Positions 1-12,061 of a DNA stretch of 64,000 bases are shown here, piece by piece (position 1 is the first letter of the stretch; every line of letters starts with the position of its first letter). The notes under the pieces are model-generated. The model searched no databases and was not told the origin of the DNA. It was given only the letters and a program-made list of their open reading frames with translations. The translations under genes were made by a program, and so were the position numbers. The stretch is from Octopus sinensis (lineage: Eukaryota): the NCBI RefSeq assembly GCF_006345805.1, contig NC_043004.1, positions 69,688,001-69,752,000 on the forward strand. The letters run 5' to 3'.

Positions 1-95
1 GCGTGCTAACGTTTCTGCCAGCTCACACACATACATACACACATTTATCAATTTGTTTTGCGAGATTCCAGATGTGAAATTATGTGTTGAAACGG

Positions 96-463
96 ATATT
101 GTTGCATTTCAGGATGGTCAGTTTCTTTTTTTTTTTTTTTTTTTTTTTGCCAAATAAACACACGCACCATATATTTTTTCTTCACTTATATTATTACTTT
201 AACTTATGTCCATTGTCTGGAAATCTTTCATCATACGTCTGTGACCTCTTCAGCGACACTTTTCATTTGCATCTGTGTTCTTGCTCCATGAAAATGAAAA
301 GTGTCGCTGAAGAGGTCACAGATGTGTGACGAAAGATTTCCAGACAATGGGCATGAGTTAAAATAATATAAGAACAGTAATAAATGCGTGAGGGGAAACA
401 AATATATAGTGTGTGCGTTTTTTGGCAAAAAAAGAAAATGATCATCCGGAAATACAACAATAT
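96..463. mobile_element. Fold-back (long-TIR) MITE-like palindrome
   Basis: Arms of about 170 bp (for example gtgacctcttcagcgacacttttcattt / aaaatgaaaagtgtcgctgaagaggtcac) around a spacer of about 22 nt. A related half copy lies at about 54095-54235. Confidence 0.75.
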
Positions 464-616
464 ATATAGATCACAGCCATAGCTTATGCCAGTGTTGCAT
501 AACCAGCCCATTTAAAAGTAGCCTTGAATCATCGGGCAATATGTTGTACTCGAGAAGACCTATTGAGTCATGGAAAATCAAAAAATCAAATTCCTGATTG
601 AAATCAAATTGGAAAT

Positions 617-915
617 TGTGGTTGTGGCCGATGCCAGTGCTGCCTGACTGGCACTCGTGCTGGTAGCACGTAATAAGCACCATTCAAGCATGGGTTGTTG
701 CTAGTGCTGCCTGACTGGCTCTTGTGCCAGTGGCACGTAAAAAGCACCCACTACACTCAGAGTGGTTGGCATTAGGAATGGCATCCAGCTGTAGAAGACT
801 TGCCAGATCAGATTGCAACCTGCTGCAGCCTCCTGGCTTGCTAGTTTCCAGTCAAAACATCCAACCCATGCCAGCATGGAAAGCGGACGTTGAACAACAA
901 CGATGATGATGATGA
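617..915 (+). mobile_element. Retroposon family D (ggttggcgttaggaagggcatccagctgtag...catggaaagcggacgttaaac(gat)n), 5' tandem modules
   Basis: Other copies at about 9346-9690(-), 24560-24782(-), 33141-33460(+), 33765-33948(+), 40466-40620(+), 53607-53960(-) and 61205-61533(-). Confidence 0.8.
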
Positions 916-916
916 T

Positions 917-988
917 ATATATATGTATGTATGCATGTATACATATATGTATGAATGGAAGTATGTATATACATATATATGTTTGTGT

Positions 989-1028
<40 letters not shown>

Positions 1029-1260
1029 AACCCATGCTAGCATGGAAAGCGGACGCTAAACGATGATGATGTATGCATGCATGTATGTATGCATGTATAT
1101 ATGTATATATATATATGTATGCATGTATGTATATATATATGTATATATATATGTATGTATGTATATGTATATATGCATGTATGTATATATATATATGTAT
1201 ATATGCATGTATGTATGTATATATATATGTATGCATGTGTATATATATATGCACCGATAC
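917..1260. repeat. Compound (TA)/(ATGT)/(ATGC) microsatellite
   Basis: Alternating purine-pyrimidine tract. Similar tracts at about 5730-5900, 6410-6735, 35990-36230, 40250-40465 and 54240-54370. Confidence 0.9.
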
Positions 1261-1574
1261 CAGTTTAAGAATGATAAATGTCTTCTCTACAGAAGTATAG
1301 AGTAACCTGTCAGATTAATGTAAAACTGTTTTTATTACAACTGAACATTAAAACAAACATTAACATATATAAAATGTTTACATATGCGTTATATGATGGG
1401 TGTATATATATTATTTAATGTTTATGAGGGTGATATACCATATTTGTGGTCAGGGTAAAAGTTTCATCGAGATGGAGAGTGATATAGAGTTGGAACAGTG
1501 AGGCAGACCGGGACAAAGAAATGAAGAGACAGGCTTTGAACGAGTTGAAAAATAGATGCGGGCAGCAAAGAACT

Positions 1575-2105
1575 GTATTTGGTCATTAACCTGTTATCAG
1601 AGGAATGGAGAAAGCTGTGTTTATATGTGAAAGGTGCACAGGAGCCATAAAGACTAATGATACACAGAAAATTGATTTTCCCAAATGTCCTAGATGCTCC
1701 TTAGAGGTAGTGGATAATTGGATAATTTCTCTTACCCAGGTGACCTAATTAGCAGTGGAGGAGCATGTTTAGAAAGTGTAGTTGCTAGAATTGGGATAGG
1801 ATGGAGACCATTCAGAGAGTTATTACCTCTGTTGGTAATAAAAGCTCTCTCTCTTTCTCTCCAATTGAAAGGCAGATTGTATGATGCTTGTATATGTACA
1901 GCAACACTACATGGTAGTGAAACATGGGTTCTGAATGCAGAAGGCATGAAGACAAGAGAGGAATGAAGCTAGTACACTCCGTTGGATGTGCAGTGTCAGT
2001 GTGCTTGCAGGACAAAGTGCTGGTTACTGAGAGAAAAGCTGCGCATAAGAGGAATCAGATGTGGGATTCCAGAAAGAAGATTGCACTGGTATGGTTACAT
2101 ATGGT
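1575..2105 (+). mobile_element. RTE-clade LINE relic (RT C-terminal region)
   Basis: VDNFSYPGDLISSGGACLESVVARIGIGW..FRELLPLL..LKGRLYDAC..LHGSETW, then LREKLRIRGIRCG..ERRLHWYG, resembling RTE ORF ends. Confidence 0.8.
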
Positions 2106-2111
2106 CACATA

Positions 2112-2527
2112 GGCGCAGGAGTGGCTGTGTGGTAAGTAGCTTGCTAACCAACCACATGGTTCCGGGTTCAGTCCCACTGCGTGGCATCTTGGGCAAGTGT
2201 CTTCTGCTATAGCCCCGGGCCGACCAATGCCTTGTGAATGGATTTGGTAGACAGAAACTGAAAGAAGCCTGTCGTATATATGTATATATATGTATATATG
2301 TGTATGTGTGTGTGTTTGTGTGTGTGTGTGTTTGTCCCCCTAGCATTGCTTGACAACCGATGCTGGTGTGTTTACATCCCCGTCACTTAGCGGTTCAGTA
2401 AGAGAGACCGATAGAATAAGTACTGGGCTTACAAAGTATAAGTCCTGGGGTCGATTTGCTCGACTAAAGGCGGTGCTCCAGCATGGCCGCAGTCAAATGA
2501 CTGAAAACAAGTAAAAGAGTAAAGAGT
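2112..2527 (+). mobile_element. tRNA-derived SINE family A, full length
   Basis: A box tggctgtgtgg, B box ggttcagtccc, CORE-like cttgggcaagtgtctt, internal (TA/TG)n, tail tgactgaaacaagtaaaagag. Confidence 0.9.
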
Positions 2528-3029
2528 AATAATGCATATGGATGAGAACAGTTGTATAAAGAAGTGTCAATCACTTAAAGTAGATGGAACTTATGGAAGA
2601 AAGGAACTCTGTAAGACATAGAATGAAGTAGCAAAGGCTGATTTCAAGATTTTGAACCTTATGGAGGAGATGGTAGAGGATTGATATAATTGCTGATTTG
2701 CCGTGTTCAAGAAGACCCATTCTATCACTGCAGAAATGATATCCTAAAACCACCTTTGTTATGCTTGTACATGTGGAGCCCTGTTCGTCTTCTATCTCTT
2801 GACCTTGTCGAGCATCCCACCCCACCCCACCCCGCATCTCACCCTTTAACACCCATCACACCTCTCCCTGTGGCACTACTCGGCCGTTGTAATCACCTGA
2901 GAACAGAATAGGCACATACAACATCTCTGCCCTCCCCTGAACCACTTCCATTTCTAATTGTCATCCTTACCCACGTTATTTCCACCATTCATCTCCTTTT
3001 CTGCCTCCAGCCATTGCCCTCCCGGGCTA

Positions 3030-3229
3030 TACTCTTTACTCTTCTACTTGTTTGTCATTTGACTGTGGCCATGCTGGAGCACCACCTTTAGTCGAGAAAA
3101 TCGGATCCAAGACTTATTCTTTGTAAGCCTAGTACTTATTCTATCGGTCTCTCTTGCCGAACCGCTAAGTTACGAGGACATAAACACACCAGCATCGGTT
3201 GTCAAGCAATGTTGGGAGGACAAACATAA

Positions 3230-3327
<98 letters not shown>

Positions 3328-3511
3328 ATATATATACACACATACATATATACGATGGGCTTCTTTCAGTTCCATCTACCAAATCCACTCACAAGGCTTT
3401 GGTCGGCCTGAGGCTACAGTAGAAGACACTTGCCCAAAGTGCCCTGCAGTGAGATTGAACCCAGAACCATGTGGTTGGTAAGCAAGCTACATACCACACA
3501 GCCACTCCTGC
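3030..3511 (-). mobile_element. SINE family A
   Basis: Reverse complement of the family A consensus, with an expanded (TA)n. Confidence 0.88.
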
Positions 3512-3893
3512 ACATATATTCCATTCTTAACACCCTTCTTACCCCCTGTCACTCTCAGTGCCCTCTCACATCTACCATCATCCCACTCACAGCTTTTCCT
3601 ATATCTCCCACCACCATTCACTATATGCACCTCTACAACATCTTACCTACCTCTATCCTCCCCTACTGTAGTCTATTGTATCTTGAGCCCACCACTTTTA
3701 TCTTCTTTCCAGTTCTCCACTAACTAACCTCATATCTCTATTACAAGCCACCTACGCTTGTTCTTCTATCACACTCTAGCTTCTCAACACCTGGCACAGA
3801 ACCATTGCCCCTCCTCTAGTACTGTCCCATCCTCACCCTCATCCTCATATACTCAAGGAAAGTGATAAGGATGTGTCACATTATTGCAAGAAC

Positions 3894-4298
3894 TGTGGCT
3901 GTGTGGTAAGTAGCTTGCTAACCAACCACATGGTTCCGGGTTCAGTCCCACTGCGTGGCATCTTGGGCAAGTGTCTTCTGCTATAGCCCCGGGCCAACCA
4001 ATGCCTTGTGAGTGGATTTGGTAGATGGAAACTGAAAGAAGCCTGTCGTATATATGTATATATATATATAAGTGTGTGTGTATATGTTTGTGTGTCTGTG
4101 TTTGTCCCCCCTAGCATTGCTTGACAACCAATGCTGGTGTGTTTATGTCCCCGTCACTTAGCAGTTCAGCAAAAGCGACCGATAGAATAAGTACTGGGCT
4201 TACAAAGAATAAGTCCCGGGGTCGATTTGCTCGACTAAAGGCGGTGCTCCAGCATGGCCGTAGTCAAATGACTGAAACAAGTAAAAGAGTAAAAGAGA
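3894..4298 (+). mobile_element. SINE family A
   Basis: Matches the family A head, body and tail. A partial copy lies at about 4679-4857. Confidence 0.88.
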
Positions 4299-5810
4299 GA
4301 GTATGTCTATTGACAGATGAACAGAAAAAGAAAACCTAGGGGTCAGGATCATTGTTACAGTAACCCCAAAACAGCATGTCAGAATCATGCATATGTGAAC
4401 TTGATGGTGATCATCTTTTTTGATCAATTTATGAGTTTCTTCCAGACCTCTAGTTTTGCTGGCTGTGCCAGGCAGAAGAGATGGAGAGAGGGTGGGGCAG
4501 TTCTCATATGCAAGAATAGGTGCATTGTTGTGATGAAGTGTCTGGGTTTCGCTTGTCTTTACATCTCTTCCTTTACGCTGTCTCTTCCAAATGCCATCAA
4601 TGAAGACTTTTAGTTGGATCTCCTGAGACATTTGGAAGAGACAGGGTAAAGGAAGAGATGTGAGGCACTGACAGACTAGTGAGTGGATTTGGTAGATGGA
4701 AACTGAAAGAAGCCCATTGTATATATGTATGTGTGTGTGTTTATGTTTGTGTGTGTGTGTTTGTCCTCCCAACATTGCTTGACAACCGATGCTGGTGTGT
4801 TTACGTCCTCGTAACTTAGCGGTTTGGCAAGAGAGACCAATAGAATAAGTACTAGGCACAGACAAACCTAGACACTTCATCTCAACACTGCACCTATCCT
4901 TGGGTTTTAGGTAAAGCATGATAAAGCTTATACCATCCACTACCACCACCGCCACAAGCAGTTACCCTTGTTGCTGGATTTGGCTTCTGTGACTTTTTCC
5001 TTTTTCTTATTTCTTTGAAATCCACCCAGAAAAAGTCACTAATGTCGGATAAAAGAAGAAACTGAGGAAATTTTGCTACAAGAACCATGTACTACTCCTA
5101 TTTCTAGCTTCTCAAGCAACCAGGTAGAGGCCTCCTCAGTGGTGGTCATACATTGTTGGAGATGGTCGTAACGGCAGTGGTTATTGTAGAGTGGCTGCTG
5201 TTGAAAGTGGTGGTTGTTTGCAGTGTAGCGAAAAATAAGGATGACTGTGGTGGCAGCGACGGCAATGTTGATGATGATGAAGTAATAGCTGTAGTATGGG
5301 TGATGGTGGGAGGAGATTGTTCAAGTGAACATATAGATATACGCACATGTGTGTGTGTGTGGTGTGTGTGTGTGTTTGTGTGAAGCTGCAATGCATAATA
5401 GATTTACATATTAATTTATTAATTTAATTCAGCGTTAATGAATGAAATCTACTCTTTTCCATATTCTCCGTTGTCCTTTAGCAATTTGAAAGACTTAGAT
5501 GATATATTGGTCATTGTTGTTGCTGGATAGAGAATATTTTCAAGATGTCTCTTTCTCTCCCTCTCTCTCTCTCTCTCTTTCTCATATGCCTGTCTTTAAG
5601 ACTATTTTCTCTCTCTCTGTCTCTCTCCTCTCTCTTTTGCGGCTCTCTGCCATGGCCTGTCTGTTTCTCAAATCTCATTCTCCTCCTTTTTCTGGCATGG
5701 TCTATCTGTCCCTTCAGTCTGTCTGTGTATGTATGTATATATATATATATATATAGATATATATATATAGATATATATATATATATAGATATATAGATAT
5801 ATATAGATAC

Positions 5811-5848
<38 letters not shown>

Positions 5849-6488
5849 GCATACATACATACAGACAGACAGACAGATATAAATAGGGAGATCTAGACAG
5901 ATACATACAAAAATATGTTTACCTGTCTCTCTAACTGTTTAACACACTCTCTCTTTCTCTCTCTCTCTCTCTCTACCATATTCTTTCTCATCTTCTCTGC
6001 TTCTATCTCACAGTCCCCCTCCCTTTTACTTTCTACCAACCACACTGTCTCTCTTTCTACTCTCATTCTTCGCTCCCCCTCTCTCTCTCTTTCAGTCTCT
6101 CTCTAACTCCTCTCTCCTCCACTATCCCACTCTCTCTCTCTCTCTCCATCTCTTCTGCCTGGTACAGCCATCAAGACTAGAGGTCTGTTTGAGGGGTTTA
6201 TGTAATATTTAGGTAGCTTCTTAATTAGGCTTCTTGCAGAGCTCTATAACGACAGAAGTATTTCTGTTGCTGAGGAGACATTCCCTGGCACCGTCTCTGT
6301 TGAGGTAGACATTGTGTCTTCATCGTTATTTTGAAGAAATACTCAACTGAGAAGCAAAACATGTCCACTGCACAAAGATGTTCTTGTTGCTGTCTCTGAT
6401 TTATGTACTTTATGTATGTATGTGTATATATATATATATATTTATATATATACACACACACACACATTAGTGTGTGTGTATGTATGTG

Positions 6489-6530
<42 letters not shown>

Positions 6531-7297
6531 TACACACACACATATATACACAAACATATATACACACACACACACATATATATATACATATATACATACA
6601 TATGTCTGTGATTTATGTAGTCACATGCACGTATATGCACACACACATACACATTTGTGTGAGTGTTTAAATACACATACATATATATACACACACACAT
6701 ACACACACACACACACATGCATGTATGTATATATAGCTATGTGGTTAAGATGTCTTTACAATTCTGTGGTTGTATATTGAATTGCACCGTGAAGTGCCGT
6801 GAGTAATTTGTGTCTTGAGAGAGACATTACGCTTATATCCAAGCATAACTAAATGTCCACACACACAAACAGAAAAAGAGAACTAAAGAAACACTCAAAC
6901 AAATTAGTTTTGAATTAGTGATGCCAAAACAGCCATGCCAAAACGTCTCACGCCTACCAGGAGTGTTTCTCAATCAGAGTTCCCCAGAATCCTAGGGGTT
7001 CTGCATGAAAGCGTGAGATAAGCTAATGCTAATTTCATGATTGTAATATTACTATGCATGCACAACACATTATCGGTTATTGTAATTAGAGTCGTAGTGT
7101 CAAAACAATATACTTTGACTCTAACTCCTCTACTATTGGCACCTCCGACTCCTCTTTAATTGTAATTAAGTGATTGTGGTCTGCATATCCCATAAAGCAT
7201 AGGCATACTTTGAGTAGGCCTCTATGTTATAACTGGTTGATATTAAAGAATAAAGATATTGTGAGTCGTAGTTGGCATAGTTTTACCGACTCCGACT

Positions 7298-7484
7298 CAT
7301 AATAGGTTAGACAGGATGATGTCTATATTACAATATTACAATCAGGGCTGTGGAGTCAGAAACAATTAAAGGGGAGTCGTAGTTGGTATAGTTTTACCGA
7401 CTCCGACTCCCCTTAATTGTTTCTGACTCCACAGCCCTGATTGTAATATTGTAATATAGACATCATCCTATCTAACCTATTATG
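7298..7484. repeat. Near-perfect inverted repeat (82/81-bp arms, 24-nt spacer) centred on a cagggctgtggagtc...gactccacagccctg mini-element
   Basis: The arms differ by one substitution and one 1-nt indel. Confidence 0.9.
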
Positions 7485-7560
7485 TTATCAAAAAATATAA
7501 CAACTATTGGGGATATATAAATGTGTGTGTGTGTATATATATATATATTATATATATACA

Positions 7561-7737
7561 CAGGAGTGGCTATGTGGTAAGTAGCTTGCTTACCAACCAC
7601 ATGGTTCCAGGTTCAGTCCCACTGCGTGGCACCTTGGGCAAGTGTCTTCTACTATAGCCTCGGGCCGACCAAAGCCTTGTGAGTGGATTTGGTAGACGGA
7701 AACTGAAAGAAGCCCGTCATATATATGTATGTGTGTG

Positions 7738-7784
<47 letters not shown>

Positions 7785-7996
7785 ATGTTTGTGTGTCTGT
7801 GTTTGTCCCCCTAGCATTGCTTGACAACCGATGCTGGTGTGTTTATGTCCCCATCACTTAGCGGTTCGGCAAAAGAGACCGATAGAATAAGTACTGGGCT
7901 TACAAAGAATAAGTCCCGGGGTCGAGTTGCTCGATTAAAGGCGGTGCTCCAGCATGGCCGCAGTCAAATGACTGAAACAAGTAAAAGAGTAAAGAG
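7561..7996 (+). mobile_element. SINE family A, nested in the hAT MITE
   Basis: Full head to tail. Confidence 0.9.
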
Positions 7997-7998
7997 TG

Positions 7999-8029
<31 letters not shown>

Positions 8030-8199
8030 GCATACATATATGATATTTACTACGTGAACAATGATGTAAAAAATATGAGCAAGATATGGTATATAATTTT
8101 TTTTTGTGTATGTGTAGGGGCTCCTTGAGTCATGTAATTTATTTTAAGGGTTACACAAGGGTAAAAACGGTTGAGAACCACTGCCCACCAGAATATACC

Positions 8200-8660
8200 C
8201 AAAAAATACGATTGTGGAAGACAACACATACATTCACTCTCTTAACTCAAATTTTGTCTGGTTTATCCAATATCCAGCTTAAATGGTACAATTTAACGAG
8301 CCTGATGGTATAACAATTTTTCTGGTTTGTGGTGGTAGGCCCCTCATTTGGGGTGCCATATGCTGTGACATCTTCTCCAGCAACAATTTGAGTGTGTTCA
8401 GCTACCATCCGAGGCTGAAGAAAGCAAACTGTCAAAGTATTGGTCATTCTATGACAGGCTTATGGTTGAGCCTGTGCCAGTGGAGACCTTCAGTGTTCTC
8501 AGCCCCTGGACCATATCCCTGTTCATTACTATTGAGAAAGAGATGGCTGTCTGCAAGTGCATGAATCAAAGTGGCTATTCCAGCGCTTCTCCCTTGCCAT
8601 CCATCCTTCAGGGCAACATCTTTTCCATTTTGTCTTCTGGGAACCATGAGGTTGTCTGAA
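8200..8660 (+). mobile_element. Relic of a CRE-like non-LTR retrotransposon (restriction-like endonuclease domain)
   Basis: Across a frameshift: PDGITIF..GRPLIWGAICCD, EAEESKLSKY, EPVPVETFSVLSP and QGNIFSIL. These parallel the RPDG-T..PLVWD..AE..K..KY..P-AVET-G..QRGNA-S-L pattern of CRE-type elements (recalled consensus). Confidence 0.6.
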
Positions 8661-9300
8661 TTACAGAAAATTGTCTATTCCACTCCTTAATGTAAAGTTA
8701 TTCCAGCTAGCATGATCACACAACCTAAGTGACAGTAATATATATTATATGAACTGTGTATGTATAAATTGGGATTATTTGTAGGTGTATATACACAGAC
8801 ATTTATGTATATATACGTAAGTTATCTAAAATCCCATAAATCACGAAAAAATGCATTCGTATATTTGTTAATAGAGTGGGCATATTATGTGAAGTGTACA
8901 GTATTATATACCCAAGATCAGCCATAAGTTATATATAAGCATTTTATATATGATGAGCTTCTTTGAATTTCCATCTCTCAGATTCCTTGCAAGCTTGGTC
9001 TGGGCCTAGTTTAGAACAGATCTGCTTCAAGTGCGGCTGCTCAGATGTCTTCTATTGTTATTGCTAAACACAGGTTAGGCTTATCTGGTCACTACTACCG
9101 TCCTGAACAACAGGGCCATATCAGATTTATAATTTGAAGACAACTGCACTCTAACAGAGGATGAAGAGACTATTCAACTACATTCTAAGGACACCAAAAA
9201 TAAAGGGCCTACTAAAGGTAGCAGAGGATGGAAATAATTCCTGGCATTGTGTAGTGAAGCATTCTTTGGTTGTGATGACTTGAAGAAGACCTTACACACA

Positions 9301-9340
<40 letters not shown>

Positions 9341-10267
9341 TTCTTTTAACATCTGCTTTCCATGCTGGCATGAGATAGACAGTTTGACTGAAACTAGTAA
9401 GCTGGAGAGCTGCACCAGGTTCTAATCTAATTTAGTAGGGTCTCTATGGCTGGATGCCCTTTCTAATGCCCACCACTCCAAGAGTATAAATGGATGCTTT
9501 TTATATGACACCAGCATCAGCCACAATTTCACTTGGCTTTACGAGTCTTCTCAAGCACAGCATATTGCCAGTGGTCTTGATCACTTGTCATCACCTCTGT
9601 TGAAGGGTGCTTTTTACGTGCCACTGGCATGGGTGCCAGTTATGTGACACTGGCATTGGTCACAACTACAGTTTCATTTGGCTTGATAGATCAAGGGAAA
9701 TCATAGTCATGACCGATGCCTGTGTCTCATAACTTGCACATGCATGTATATGCAACAAACAAGCGTATTAAACTGATTTTCTTTTCTAGGGCTAGCCTCA
9801 TGGACACCATGACAGTCTTCCATATGCATCATGGTCCTCTTTCCTTAGTTTTGTGGTCCCTTGTGCATCCTTTAAGTTGTCCCTTACAACTAATGACTCT
9901 GTGATGTACCAGTTCTAAAACCAGGACATACAATAAACTCATATCTATGCATGTGCACACACACAGTGGGCTTCCATGCAGTTTCCTTCTTCTGAATTCT
10001 ACTCACAAAGCGTTGATCAGCCTGTTGCTGTGGTCTAAAGGCACTTGTCCAAGGCACCAGGTAGTGGAATCAAACCTGGGAACACACGGCTGCCAAGGAA
10101 AACTTGGTAATGCACAGCCATGCCTTTGTCCTTTAGTCGGCTTACTCATTAACACTTATTTGGTAAAGGAAATCTTGAATTCGCTTCTCCTTGTCACTGG
10201 CATTCATCTCCTTGGCATTGACAGTCTCTTCTTTAAGATTCATTAATGCTTAACACTGAAAAATGTC

Positions 10268-10308
<41 letters not shown>

Positions 10309-11068
10309 ACACTGGTTTTAGGAAGACAATTCTTCATTCTACATCCATTTACATTTGTGTTCTAGTTGCCTTGGTCACTAATAGCAAGATGCAGGCATGT
10401 CAGCTGGCTGGCATTAAATAGCCGCAGAAATTCCGAGCATGTTTAAGAATATGGCAAAGAAATCACTGAGAGCATGGCATGGCAAAAATAAAAAGAAAAG
10501 AGAAGAAAAAACTGTTGTCTATCCACAAGAAATAACATTCGGCACTTAACATATCGTAATTTGAAATGTGAAATTCCCATAAATATTGTAGAAAACACAT
10601 AATAATTGAAGAGAACTACTTGGTGTTATATGTCTGTTATGATGTATGTCTGTTGTTGTTTAAGGCAGTGATTTGGTAGAGTTATGTGTGCATTGGATAG
10701 AATACCATACAATATGTGTTCTGATTAACTGTTGGCTCCGAGTTCAAATCCTGCCACGGTCATCTTCCACTTACTTCCTTCTTTCAGGGGCCAGTCAAAG
10801 AATGACTAATCTTCCTCAAAATCTCTTTCCCAGACATGTACATACATGTGCAGATGACTGGCCAATGTTGACTCGTGGAGGTCCCATGGAGAAATATTAC
10901 TGTGCTTGGAAATAGGTGAGGGTTAGCAACAGGAAGAGTATGTGGCTGTAGAAAATCTACCTCAATGAACTCCACCCATTCAACCCATGCAAGCATAAAA
11001 ATGTGGACACTAAAATTATGGTGATGATGATGATGATGGATCATTATCATCATCAACATCATGACATA

Positions 11069-11292
11069 TGAGGTGGTGCTGAAAAGTTCCTGGCTTTAAG
11101 GGTATCACAAAAGGCCTGGTTGGAGACCCAACCTTCTGAGTTCTTTTGCAAGGCTTAGAAAAACTGAAGGACCACTGCAATAAGTGTGTGAATCTGAGAA
11201 GGGAATGAATATGTTGAATAAAATCATAATTAACTGATCCTCATCCTGTAGTTTCTTTCACCCAAAGCCAGGAACTTTTCAGCACCCTCTTG
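11069..11292 (+). mobile_element. Mariner-type MITE carrying the transposase C-terminal codons
   Basis: TIR tgaggtggtgctgaaaagttcctggcttt / aaagccaggaacttttcagcaccctc. The interior reads approximately GLEKLKDHCNKCVNLRGEYVE*, typical of mariner C-termini. Confidence 0.8.
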
Positions 11293-11322
11293 TGCATGCA
11301 CACATAGTTATTAAATAAATCA

Positions 11323-11700
11323 CAGGAGTGGCTGTGTGGTAAGTAGCTTGCTTACCAACCACATGGTTCCAGGTTCGGTCCCACTGCATGGCACCTTGGG
11401 CAAGTGTCTTCTTCTATAGCCTCGGGCTGACTAAAAGCCTTGTGAATGGATTTGGTAGACGGAAACTGAAAGAACCCTGTTATATATATATATAATGTTT
11501 GTGTGTCTGTGTTTCTCCCCCCAACATCACTTGACAACCAACGCTGGTATGCTTACATCCCCATAACTTAGCGGTTCAGCAAAAGAGACCGATAGAATAA
11601 GTACTAAGCTTACAAAGAATAAGTCCTGGGGTCAATTTGCTCGACTAAAGGCAGTGCTCCAGCATGGCCACAGTCAAATGACTGAAACAAATAAAAGAAT
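11323..11700 (+). mobile_element. SINE family A
   Basis: Full head to tail, moderately diverged. Confidence 0.88.
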
Positions 11701-11741
11701 AAATTTGTGTGTGTGAATGTATATAAGTATATACAGTTAAT

Positions 11742-12061
11742 GAAGACGTGTGGCTTAGTGGTTAAGGCATTCGGCTCACGATTGTAAGGTCGTGAGTTCA
11801 ATTCCTGGTGGCATATTGTGTCCCTGAACAAGGAACTTTATTTCACAATGCTCCAATCTATCCAGCTGGCAAAAATGAGTAGTACCTGTAATTGAAAGGG
11901 CCAGCCTTGTCACATTCCATGTCATGCTGAATCTCCCTGAGAACTACATTGAGGGTATATGTGTCTGTGGAATGCTCAGCCATTTGCATGTTAATTTCAT
12001 GAGCAGGCCATTCCATTGATCATATCAACTGAACCCTCATTACCATAACCAGTTGAGTGCC
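11742..12061 (+). mobile_element. SINE family C (tggcttagtggtt head, CORE-like gtgtcc.tgagcaag, ctcagccacttgcacgttaatttcac tail)
   Basis: A/B boxes. Homologous copies at about 23878-24163 and 52299-52618. Confidence 0.82.

Larger units (their letters stand above)
6961..8183. mobile_element. hAT MITE expanded by nested insertions (fold-back element and SINE)
   Basis: Ends gagtgtttctcaatc / ggttgagaaccactg; 8-bp TSD cctaccag / cccaccag. Confidence 0.7.

Noticed and set aside
2570-3870. C/T-rich region and a weak - strand ORF that may derive from a LINE
   Set aside because: No diagnostic motif could be recognised, so it is left unannotated.
7590-7817. Recurrent ORFs such as MLGGQTQTHK..., MARGYSRRHLPK... 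and MTTDAGVFMSPSLS...
   Set aside because: These are incidental reading frames of SINE family A, repeated wherever the SINE occurs.
11742-11820. tRNA-like sequences with A and B boxes
   Set aside because: They are SINE heads. There is no closed acceptor stem or full cloverleaf, and each continues into a SINE body.
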